Positions 11,069 through 23,210 of a stretch of DNA of 64,000 nt are shown one piece after another. The DNA lies in assembly GCA_004431415.1 (NCBI GenBank), contig QPMI01000015.1:186001-250000 (forward strand), given 5' to 3'. The translations under genes were made by a program, and so were the position numbers. Source of the DNA: Cyanophora paradoxa CCMP329 (Eukaryota; Plantae; Glaucophyta). Below the pieces are notes generated by a model. That model was not told the origin of the DNA and ran no database searches. It saw only the letters and a program-made list of their open reading frames with translations. Numbering within the stretch: position 1 is the first letter of the stretch; every line of letters begins with the position of its first letter.

Positions 11069-12429
11069 CTATTCTATCTGCGGCCTACCTGCGTCGCTGG
11101 ACATGCTATCTATTCGGGGGAGGCCTAGGGAGGCGTCTAGCTCGAGCCGCAGGGAGCTGGTGCTCGAGGTGGGGGAGAGGAGGCCGGGGGCGTTCGAAGA
11201 GGACGAGGGGGACTGCGGGGGCGCGAGGAGGAGGACGGAGGAGGGGAAGGCGCCGCGGAAGAGGACGGAGTCTTCCCAGCCGCCCGCGCTCGAGCCCCAG
11301 AAGCCCTCCACTTCCACGTGCCCGAACCAGAAGATGACCATCCCCGGACCAAAGCTGCCGCCGCGGGCTCAGAAAACGCTAAGAAATCGATAGCAGCCCC
11401 TCTCGGCGCACCGGTTCACGTACGCGGCGAGCTGGTCGCGCATGCTGCTCAGCGCGTAATCGTCGCCGAACATAGCCTTGCTGTCGATCCAGTTCACGAC
11501 GTGCCCGTCCACCCCTGCGGCCCCGCCTGAGCGGGAGGGGGAGCGGGCCGGAAAAGATCGCAGGCGGACCAATCGGGACGGTGAGGCGTACGTCTGGCGT
11601 CTTCGGGAAGCCTCGCTGCCTCAGCTCCTCCTCGGTTTCGAATCCGACCCCGATGTTCCGGAGCTGGGACGCAGTCAGGGGCGCGTGGGCGGCGGCGAAA
11701 GCGCCTCGCCGCACTTTCTCCTGCAGAATGTACTCGTACTCCGATCCGTAGATGCTGCGCGGCTGGGGTCGGCGAGGCGGGGCCGGAGCGAGGGAGGGGT
11801 GGGCCGCACTGCCGGATGCGATCCACGGAGGGCGAGTACTGGTCGTCAACCGCGACGCAGTTCTCGATCTCCGCGCGGAGCCGCTCGTCGGGTATCAGCG
11901 CCGGGTCCCGCAGGCACGCGGTGACATCTGCGGCGGGGAGGGTCGGCGGCCGGACGGCCGAGGCTGGCTGCGGCCGCGCTCCGGAGCGCACCGTTCTTGT
12001 TTATGTTCAAGACGCGCTCGAGCACGATCCGCGCAAGCAGGCACGGAGCCAGATTGATGCGCTCAGCGATTGCTACGAGGTCCTCGCCAGACTGGTACCT
12101 GCAGCGGAGCCGATGTCACGTGGAACGCACAGCGACTGGAGATGCATACAACACACGCACCACTTCACGTACTGTGCCGCGCGCTCATCCGAGCGGTGCT
12201 TGTGGGCCGACCTGCGCGTCTGCTGCTGGTACTTCTGCGAGTAGATGCTGAGGAGCGTGTTGTACGTTATACTGCGCGGATTTGCATCCTTAGCGCAGAC
12301 AAAGCGATGCCGTGGGTCCAGGCGGGCGGCAGAACGGGCGCACTCTGGAAAGCGCTCGAGGATAGCTGGCGCGTCCTCCATGCTCCTCAGCTGCGCCTGT
12401 ATCTCGACAAGCTCGCTTGCCCGCAACAT
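11069..12429 (-). CDS. CDIN1: CDAN1-interacting nuclease 1 (C15orf41/TPD-motif PD-(D/E)xK nuclease)
   Basis: GSEYEYILQ, FETEEELRQRGFPKTPDVRL, VVNWIDSKAMFGD, QLAAYVNR-FGPGMVIFWFG. Confidence 0.88.
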
Positions 12430-12497
12430 CGTGCGGGATAGGACCGACGGGTCTCTTCAACCGCGCGCCATCGAATTTGATCTGTCCCCCCCTTGCG

Positions 12498-13804
<1,307 letters not shown>

Positions 13805-13875
13805 ATTTAGATCCTCTTCTTTGAAAACTAGCAGAAGGCTAAGCGAACCTCTAGCTAAGTGCAGCTCTATTTCAA

Positions 13876-15563
13876 CTAGGAGAACTCGGCGGAGACTGCG
13901 AGCTCTTTGTAGGCGGCGAGGCACGTCGTGAGCGCCGCCTCCGGCGTGGCCGCGCCCGCGATCCGAGCGAAGCCCTGTATGGGCGAGTGAGAAAGACCGA
14001 GTGAGATAGGGAGCGCGCGCTAGCGGGCGGGCGTGCCTTGGCGCCGGCGGCGCGGGCGGCCTGGAAGTCGCCGAAGACGCGGAGGAGGGCGGCGGCCAGG
14101 GAGGGCGCGTCGGTCACGGGCGCCTCGTTCCTCACGAGCGGCGCGCCGGCTAGGGCGGCGAGGGCGCCCGCCGCGTCATCCGAGAGGACGACGGGCTTGG
14201 ACGCCGCCCATGCCTCCCGCACCGCCGCCACCGCCTCCAGCGCCCAGGGGCCCAGCGGGCCTTCCTCCGGCGCCTGCGCCGGCACGCACCGCACGTCGCA
14301 GGCGCGGCAGAGCGCCGCCCGCCGCGCCGCGTCCGCCCCGCTGCGGCCGGGCGGGTCGCGATCGGCGGGGTACGCCTTCTCAGGACGGGCTTGAGCTTAC
14401 GGGAGGAATCGGACGGCATGGGGCATCGCCGCGGCGCGGGCCGCGACCTCGTCCTCCGCGGGGCCCCACCCGACGATCACGAGCCGCGCATCGCCGCGGC
14501 CCTGCAGAGAGAATGAGCCGGGCGGAGAACGAGCCGGGGGTACGCGAACTCGCCTGCAGGACGAGGGGTACGGCGTCGAGGAGGAGCCCGACGCCCGAGG
14601 GGAGGTCCAGTACCCCCCCAAAGAAGATGAGGGGGTCCATGGGGGCGAACCCCAGCTCCCTCTTGAGGGCGCCGGCGTCGAAGGGAAGCGCTGGGGGCGC
14701 TGCCGGCGCGATAAGAGGGGTACAAGTTAAGAGAAGGGGGTACGGGTCCGCGCACCCTGAGGGGACGGCATCGCGGAGAGGCGGGGGGAGGGGGGAGGGG
14801 CCCTGGAGCCCATGACGCGGATGCGGTACGGGGGCGCGCCGGCGGCCTCGGCCTGGGCGGCCAGGAGGGCGGAGGGAAGGACTACCAGGTCGGCCGCCGC
14901 GAGGCCGGCCGCCTCGACCCGCCTGCGCCGGGCGTCGGGCCCCTCCGGCGGTTCTCTGAGGCCCGAATCAGCGACGCCAGCGCGCTGGGCCGCCGGCCGG
15001 GGCCGCACAGGGATGTGAAAGTGAGGACGGTGCGGCGGCCCTGCGCCTGGAGCTGCAGCAGCGCTCCGACGGTCGTCCACTCGAAGGCATGCACGGCATC
15101 GAAGAGGCCGGCGGCTGCTTCGTGCGCAGCGGCGAAGTACGCCAGCGCGTTGCACTGCGGACGCGTACGGCGGGGCGTCGGCCGGTCGCTTAACGTTCCG
15201 AGTGCGGCGCGGAGAGCGGCGGCGCGCACGGCGTTTATGAGCCGCCGAGGCTCCTGCGGCGAGTCCTCGAAGGCGACGGAGTGCACGGTGTACGAGAGGG
15301 CGTCCTCGGGCGGTCCCGCATCGACGCGACGCGATGCGGAGCCCGCGCGGAGGGCAGCCGACGGCGTGAAGACGTGGACTGCGTGCCCCGACGCCGCGAG
15401 GCCCGAAGCGACGTCGGAGACGAGCTGCGTACGCCCTCGGCGGCGCTCCGAGCGGCGGCGGCGCGGCGGCGGCGCGCACCGGCGCGAGGGCGCCCGAGAA
15501 GGCGGTCTCGTCCAGCGCCAGCAGCCCCATGGAGAGCGGTGCCTCTTCCGGCGCCTGCCACAT
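13876..15563 (-). CDS. GT-B fold family 4 glycosyltransferase-like protein with degenerate catalytic motifs
   Basis: SGLAASGHAVHVFT, FDAVHAFEWTT, LGFAPMDPLIFFGG, ARLVIVGWGP, ACDVRCVP...EAWAASKPVV. Confidence 0.75.
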
Positions 15564-15765
15564 TGCAGCGGCTCCCGCGGGGCGGCTGCTGGGCCGCGGT
15601 CAGCAAAGTCAACTGCACGCGGCGGCGCTTGGAGACGGACCGCTCTGGGCGCACAGTGAAGTCGACCTGGATGTTAACGAGCGCTTTCGGAGCCCGCCGG
15701 ACGATGCTCGATTGACCACGCTCTTATGTGCGGTATCCCCCCTAAGCTAAGAAAGCGAAACAGCA

Positions 15766-16991
15766 ATGCCGGGCCCGGCGGGCCATCCACGGGCCCCCAT
15801 GGAGAACACTGGCGGTAGGCCGCGACTGCTCAGGACAACAGCACCAGCGTTGGGCGCATCCCGGTCTGGCGCAGGCCTCCCTCCTGTCATCCAACAGCAG
15901 CTGGCAGGCCCCTCGCTTGGCTCCAGCCTTGCAGCCACCAGGTCTATGCCAAACTTGAACAGGACGTCGCCAGTAGGGCGCACGTCGCAGCTGGGGCGAA
16001 CGTCGCCGCCTCCGGAAACTCAGCCCACACGACCGTGCGTAGTTGGGGGGACCGGCAGCTCTGAGAGACTCTTCATAAGTGCCAGTTTCAAGCCACGATC
16101 TCGGTCCTCGGGGCCGCTCCGTGCGGTCATAACCAGGCCGTGCTTCCTCGCCACCTCGCACACTTTCGTCAGCTTGGCCGCGGGCATAGCTGCCTACATC
16201 TTTCAGCTGCCTACCGCTTCTAGAATTCTCGGAGCTCTGCCAGCATGCGCTAGCGCACCATAGCAGCCGATTTCGCCTCCCCTTCAGCGCTTCTGACGCG
16301 CCTGCTGCGCAGGGCGGTCAATCCTGACCTCCTAAAGCACGCGCACCAGTACACGGACATCACGGAGCACCTCATGGCACAGTCGATGCACAAGTCCAGC
16401 CCGCTCCACAAGGTCAACGACGAGAACCCGGACGCGCGGCCATACTTCCCCATCAAGCGCGGCGATCTCACCCGCGTGCGCGCGCCTCGTCTAGATTGCG
16501 CTCGAACGATCTCTGATTGAACCTTCCCTGCAGTTCTACGAGGACGTCGTCCTGCAGGCGCCCTCGATCCAGAAGCGCGCGGACGGGAACCCCTTCCCCC
16601 GCGGCGAGAACTTCCACCGCAGGATGGACACCCTGACCAAGGCTCGCTAGCTCGCGCATTCCCTTCCACAAACCTCGCGCTCTCTCGCGTACCGACGAGC
16701 TGAGGCCCGCCGCGCCGCAGTTTGACGAGCAGATCGTCAAGCAGGGGGCGCCCATTTACGACCTCCCCGGTGCGCGGGGCCGTGTCCCGAGCCTTTCGAG
16801 GCTTATACCCCACGCGGCTGATCTCTTTCGCGCAGACATGCTCAAGCCGGACTACAGGAGAAAGCGCTCGGATTTGGGGAAGCTGGTCTATTACCCCCAC
16901 TTCCTCCGGCCCATGTGAATGCGCCCCCCCCCCGTCCGCGCTCAGCTCCGGCCGGCCCGCATCTGACGCTCCCCTCCTCCGCAGATATTAA
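15766..16991 (+). CDS. Hypothetical multi-exon protein
   Basis: Spliceable exons (..PYFPIKRGDLTR/FYEDVVLQ../FDEQIVKQG/DMLKPDYRRKRSDLGKLVYYPHFLRPIY*). No family recognised. Confidence 0.55.
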
Positions 16992-17269
16992 ACTGCGTAC
17001 TTGTATTCGAGAGGCCTTTTTCGCTCTAGAACCCGGTGCTCGAGCACCGTAGCCAGCTGCAGTCAGCCGAAGGCCGCGCCTCATCGCCGTGGGGCGTGGG
17101 CTGGCCCTGTGAACTTTGCTTCCTCTAGTGTAGATAATTGAATAGGAGTTTCTGATCACTCTCCCGGCGCGGCCGATACCGATGGGCGCGTGCTGCGAGG
17201 GAAAGGATCCGTCGCGCCGGCGCCGCGCGCGCTCGACGCGCATTGCGATCCGACCTCGGGCGCTATCCG

Positions 17270-19177
17270 ATGATCAGTGCTGAGTGGTTAGCATGCAAGA
17301 TGTTTTCTCATGATCATCTTGTGAGCTTGAGCGGCGGCGCCGGCCGAAACCGCGGCCGCCCGCCGGCCGGCGCCCAGCTAGCGCTGCAGCTGCCGCAGTG
17401 TAAGGCTGAGGCGCAGCTGGTTGCGCATGCGTGACGACTTTATCACGTCTAGATGCCTTAGCTGTAGCGATGGCGTGCTTCCTCCATGCCTCAGCCAGTG
17501 CCAGCTGCCACGCCGGGGTACGCGCGGCGGGGGTGCGCGGGCTTGGAGTTTTGGAATCCGCACCGGCGGTTACAACAACTGGCAGCACAGGCGGTGTCAA
17601 ACACCACTGACGTTGTCGCCGTGCGCGTCTGGGGCCTCGCCGCGACTCCGATAGCGAGTGGCGGACCTGTCAGATAGAAAGCGCAGCCCGGCCGGCGGCC
17701 CGGACACCCTCAGCGCGAAGCCATTCGATATGCCGTGGGCCGAGATCTTTGAGATGAGCTGCAGGCTGCTGGACAAGGAGGAGGGCAGAATGTGAGCGCC
17801 ACGCGGACGACTTTTCAGCGCCCCGCCCGCGCCATTCCCTCGGCCCCCGCCTGATCGACGTGTTCCGCACAGGTCTAAGGATACTTTCCTTCTCTTCTGT
17901 GAGGTGCCCGGCGCCCGCCGACGAGCCCGGGCGCGCCGTGTACGCCGGCGCTGAGGGGTCGCCGCCCGCCCGCGCCACAGGAGTTTGCGGGCGACGAGTG
18001 GCACGAGCTGGGAAGCCGCGCGTACGAGTTTGCGCTCGAGACGGATATGGAGGCGCTGGACGAGGGGCGGGATCCCGTGTTCGACCTCGAGGCGTTCGTC
18101 CGGGCCCTCGAGTACATCGCGCGGTGCGGGCGCATCCGATCCGCCTACGAGCCGCCCGACGCTTAGATCCGCGCAGGGAGATGTACGAGCGCGTGGTGGC
18201 GGACGCGTTCGACCAGCGCGCCAAGCTCGAGGAGGCGATGCTTCACGTGCTCAACCTGCACCTCCCCGGCGGCGGCGTCGTGCAGCTCGGGCGGCCCTCT
18301 TGCGCCAAGCTCCAGAACAGTACGTCCCTTTCCTTCTGATCGCTCGGGCTCGCCCCGCCGCTCTCCCTGACGCGACGTCGACCCCAGCCTGGCTGCAGCG
18401 AGTCTGGGTGAGGGCGGCGTACCCCCATCCCCCAGCCCGCGCTTTTATCTGACCTCCGTCCCTCCCCGTGCGCAGCTTCTCGTCATGGCGGGTGCGTCGC
18501 CCGCTCGCATCTACCGCCCCGCCCCCTGCCCCCCCTCTCGCCTTGCCCGTGCCGACCGGGCCGTGCACGTGCGGCAGGGATCACGAAGCAGCATCTGACG
18601 CAGGCCCGGGTACACCTCGACGGCGTCTCCGAGGAGGTGCGCCCGTACCCTCGCACGGCCGCCCGAGCCGCCTCGAGCGCCCCCTTTCGCCCCGCAGGTG
18701 TTCGTGGGGCTCGCGAACCTAGACGCCAACCGGCTACGCCGCGCCACCCTGACCAAGGCACGGCGCCCCACTCCGCGTTCCGGGATTCAGATACCTTCTA
18801 TCTATAGCTAACGCCTTCGCAGATCTTCCACAAGCTGCAGCCGGCGCCGGCCTCGGGCTGCATCACGTTCGACGCCCTCCTCCGGGGCATCCGCAACGTG
18901 GCGGCCCTCCTCTTCCCCCACCTCCCCGACATCGGTCCGCCTTCAAATTCAGTTCACAGAGTTACTGAACTCGCCGCCTGACGCGGGCGCGCGCCTCCGC
19001 GGGGTCGGATCGGAACCAGAGGGGTACATCGTCGTGCTGCAGTGGATCTGCGTGCGGGGCCCTGCCTCGCTCGGCATCGGGAGCGAGGACGCCGGCGAGG
19101 GCGGCTCCATGGCCTCCTTCAACGGGGTGGAGTACGACCCCAGCGAGATCCAAGTCTACACGGGGCTCCAGATTTGA
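17270..19177 (+). CDS. Hypothetical multi-exon protein with possible p25-alpha/TPPP-like (EF-hand-like) module
   Basis: Micro-exons give GITKQHLTQAR-VF-IFHKLQP..GCITFDALLRGIRNVAALLFP. The start codon is uncertain. Confidence 0.45.
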
Positions 19178-19770
19178 TCCGAGTGGGGCGGGGGCGATTG
19201 GGAGGGTTGGCGGGTGTAAGAAAGAGGGGCCGGATTGTGAGCCTCCGGGAGGGGCTATGCATTAGCTAGGCTTTTAGACAGCTCGGAACGTTTAACGGAT
19301 AGGTTAGTTGTTTTCGATGATACGCTGTTTTGACCTTGCGCATGCTGATTTGTGCCGCAAGGCCTGCAGTACTAGTCTTGATGTACTTGTACATTTCCTT
19401 TAAAGGAGGCCGTTGTCTTGTCAGCGCTCTGCGATGCTCGTTGTATTTGTAAATGCATATGAGAGATTAGTAAAACACATATATAGGTACACTTCCGAAA
19501 ACGTCAGCGAATTCGAACGCGCGCGTGAGAGGGCCAATGGCGCGGCGCCTTGCGCTTCAGGCGGACGCGCGCGGGCCTCCAGCCGCGCGCGCCCGACCCG
19601 CGATTGGAGGACGAGCCCTGCGGGCTCTTCCCAGCTGCCGCACGCGTGTGCGCGTATACGTGCGCCGCCGCCACCCCTAAGAAGACACCAGTGAGGGCTG
19701 CGCCGTACGTCCGGATGTTCCTGCATTTCGAAAGACTTCTAAGCTACCTACCACTATCTTTGCGCGCTTG

Positions 19771-20160
19771 TCATCCGAAGACGAGCTTCCAGAATATAAG
19801 GATAATGTTCAATGGGACGAGCGGCACTGCGGCGCGGCGTCAGGCTCCGGCCAAGCGCGGGCGTGGGCAGCGGCAGAGTGCGGGCGCTGCGGCACCTCGC
19901 AGAAGCATGCGGACTGCGGTGAGGAGGCCAACCACGCGGGCCTTGACCGTGTTGCGATCAAAGCCGACTGCTTCCTGTGTCCACCCAACTGCACGGCGTT
20001 CCGGGTCAGCGGCGGGGCATTCGAGACCTCAGCGCAGCGGGCCGATGCCGACGAGCAACGCACTCTTCCTCAAGAAGCGCTCCTCGTTGAGGACAGCGAG
20101 CGCATTTACAAAGAGCACCGTCGCCTGCAGCAGACTGCCCAGGCCGAGCATACCGAGCAT
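19771..20160 (-). CDS. YOS1: Yos1/IER3IP1 ER-Golgi transport membrane protein (3 exons, about 80 aa)
   Basis: MLGMLGLGSLLQATVLFVNALAVLNEERFLRK-IGWTQEAVGFDRNTVKARVVGLLTAVRMLLR-VPLVPLNIILIFWKLVFG*. GT-AG introns at 19989-20063 and 19827-19895. Confidence 0.93.
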
Positions 20161-20439
20161 CGGGACTAGCTAAGAAAGCCGCCGAGGCGGCGCGGCAGTG
20201 TCGGGTTCGAGGATTCGTGCTATACCCGTCCAGCTTGACTTCGGACTTCCTTGCCAGCGACTTCCTAGCGTCCGCTCGCGCATAAAGATCTAGCGCAGCT
20301 CTCATCTTGGTACCGACGTCGCGAGCCTGCCCCGCGGTTCACCCGGTCGACTTGAGCGCCATCTGCCGCTTGGAGCGCTCCCCGCAGCAGCTAGCGCCTG
20401 CATTCAGCCCCGGAAGCGCTTCTGAAGCGCTTTGGGCGC

Positions 20440-21388
20440 ATGGTTGTTTGCGTGGAGTGCGGGGCAGAGGTGGCCGACCTGTGGAGCTGGAAGTTCGGCG
20501 CCCTCGTCCTCACACGCTGTGTACGCTGCGTCACACGTGCACGCGCGTGGAAATTATTGCGTACGCTGAGTGCCGAGCCTTCGCGCCGCAGAAGGCTTGC
20601 GGGGAGGTACGAGCCTCGGCGGCGTGGAGGCTCGATACGAGCCTGACCGTCGGCCGCAGGTAGCCGACAAATACCTCGAGTTTGAGACAGTTTTGAAGGC
20701 GTTCGACCTGATCCTGCACAAGGTTCATTCATATGTCTACGCCAACGTCCGCAATGCATCACGTTTATTCAGATTCAAATCTACCGACACCTCTTGTTCA
20801 ATGTGGACGCGGGCTCGCAACAGAAGCCCACAAGATTGCAGTCGCACATCCTGAGGCTCGGGTTCATCTGCTGTCTCCTCGATGCATGTGCGCCTCTTAA
20901 CACTAATTTGAAAGCTTCTCTCCTCCCATATTCAATGCGCGCAGATTCTGTGTGGTTAAGAGGGGAGCACGCCGACTCCGACTTGGCAAGCGTTGCCACT
21001 GAGTATCTGGGCGTCGTATGCTCACATGGGCTTGGCTTGCTCGTCGCTCTTGGAACGACAGCTGCGCTCGTCCAAGCTTTGTATGGTGCAAGGTTAGCTC
21101 CTTGGTCTTGTTCATTTGCATCACCCGCTAACTATTGCATGTTCCAGCACTATGGCAGTTGTCAATGCATTGATTCTGTCCTCCTTCTGCAAGCTGTTTC
21201 ATATTGGTGGGATGATCTGGGAGTACAGGAGGAACTTCTCGGAAGTCGTGGACGTCTTCACCTTCTCCTCAAATGTGGTGGCACTGCGAGCTTTGCTTCA
21301 CACTGGCCCTGTTCAAGCAAGCCTGCTGGTCGCAGGAGGACAGCTTTGCAGAATGGCTACAGGGACAATAATAGGATGGCTCACGTAG
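20440..21388 (+). CDS. ARV1: Arv1 ER sterol/lipid homeostasis protein
   Basis: Arv1 homology domain (MVVCVECG...LTRC..CGEVADKYLEFE...DLILHK..IYRHLLFN) followed by TM segments. Confidence 0.88.
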
Positions 21389-21432
21389 CAGCACTTCTTT
21401 TCAAAACACGTATGCATACCGATTCATGCTTG

Positions 21433-22883
21433 CTAATACATCTGTGGCAACACTACAACACTGAAAGAACCGAAGTGGCCTGCTGCTGCTAGTCGCCTAA
21501 AAAGTGGGGTCACAATCAGAGACGCCCAAGTGGTCTTTCGTGGCTGCCTAGGCCTCAGGGCTTGAGGCTTCTTCTTAATGCTTGCAATTGTACTGCTCGT
21601 CCTTGTGCTCACAATCGGCAACTCTGCAGCTGGACGCTTCACAGCCTGAGCAGATGGATGCTTCACAGCGATCGGCGTCTCTGCAGCTGAAGGCTTCAAA
21701 GCTGTTGGCTTCACGGCCGGAGGCTTTAGCACAGGCACTCCCATAGCCATAGTCAGGAAGCTTGGAGGAGGAGATTCGCTGGATTGTCGGGATTCAGCTG
21801 GTAGAACTTCCCGGGTTGTTTCTGTGACGGATGCAGGGGGCCTGCGATCTCCATGACTCTCGATCTCTGGGTGGGCACCACGTATCGCCTTGTAGATCTG
21901 TGGAACAGAGAAGAGAATGAGAGGAAAGCTTGATAGGCGCTGGAGGGATGGCGAGCGCAGGGCACCTCAAGGCCGACCCATGCATCTGTCGCAGCGTAAA
22001 GAATCTCGTCCTCGTTCAGGTTGGGCCGTTCCCAGTCTGTGAGCGTCTGGTCCTTGTTGATAGAGAAGCCCAAGAACTTCTCAGCCATCGATCGCAAGCC
22101 CATCTGCAAAAACATCAGTACAATCAGGACAAATGCAGTGCTTTTGCAAACCTGTGTGCCATACTCGTATGCATCAGCCAGACGCTGCAGATCGACAGCT
22201 CCTACATCGAAATTGAATTCAATGCCGAAGTCACGCTGAAGTTTATCCTGAAGCAGCCGTTAGAAAAAGAAACAGGAGGAAGCAAGAGAACTGAAAACCT
22301 TGTCTCGGTAGCTTATAACGCCCACTTTCTTGATCTTCGGATCCAGAAGAAGTTTTCGCAGGCTGGGCACCATTGAGGAAGCGACATCTTTTACATTCCT
22401 CCGCATTCGATGCAGATGAAAGCAAACACAGAGATTTGACGTGGAGAGTTGCATCATGCTCATATGGTGATACGCACCCGGCCAGCGCTCGGGTCTCCTA
22501 TGTGTGCGTCAGCTTTAAAGCTAGATGAAGGGTGCTCAGTTAGATCTGTAGCTATAGTTCGCATCGCCGAGAGTCGCGCGCCCTCATTGAGCCCCTAGAG
22601 GCATTAGCCTTAACGGCGATAGTTCACGCCCCTGTTGTAGATCGCACCATTCTGCGTCCCAGCCGAACGCGATCTCTTCGTGCTCTCCAAGCCGGCGCTC
22701 CTCCTCCGCACTCTCGCGCAGCCTTCGGACCGCAGCTTCGGCAGCCTTTTGATCTGTGACGACGACGATCTCCCCTTTGAAAGCCGCAGCCGGGAGGGCT
22801 GACTGAACGCCGCCGCGGCCGCGGGGGCTGCCGCCGCGTCCCCGCCCGCCTCTTGTGCCGCCAGGGCCGCGCGGGGCCCGCAT
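21433..22883 (-). CDS. DEDDy 3'-5' exonuclease (WRN-exo/EXD2-like) with N-terminal RGG-rich segment
   Basis: ExoI FGWDAEW, MMQLST, LLLDPKIKK, MGLRSMAEKFLG, TDWERPNL and ExoIII YAATDAW. The 3' end is approximate. Confidence 0.85.
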
Positions 22884-23210
22884 CGCTCGCGAACACACGT
22901 AGCTAAGATCTCGAACTCGCGCACGTAATCTCGAGCCCGGCCGCAGCTGCCTGACCAATCGCCAAACGCGCGCACGGAGCGTACGGGCTGGGACGCGCTT
23001 TCTAGGCTCAAGTTGTCACCCAGACCTCTACGCTGCGCACTGCAGGCGCCGATCGCGCGCGGGAGTCGCTCTGAGTTGGAGGAAGGGTCGGCGGTTTTGA
23101 GGCGAACGAAGGAAGCTCTACCCGAGGGCAGGCAGGCTCACACACGAGACACGCTGGCGCGACGGCGCCCAAAGAAGATTAGTGCCGCATTTCCAAGCGC
23201 GGCCCGCATC

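Noticed and set aside
19480-19745. Hydrophobic minus-strand frame (RTYGAALTGVFLGVAAAHVY) just downstream of YOS1, as a second cistron
   Set aside because: No in-frame ATG or convincing intron; probably 3' UTR.
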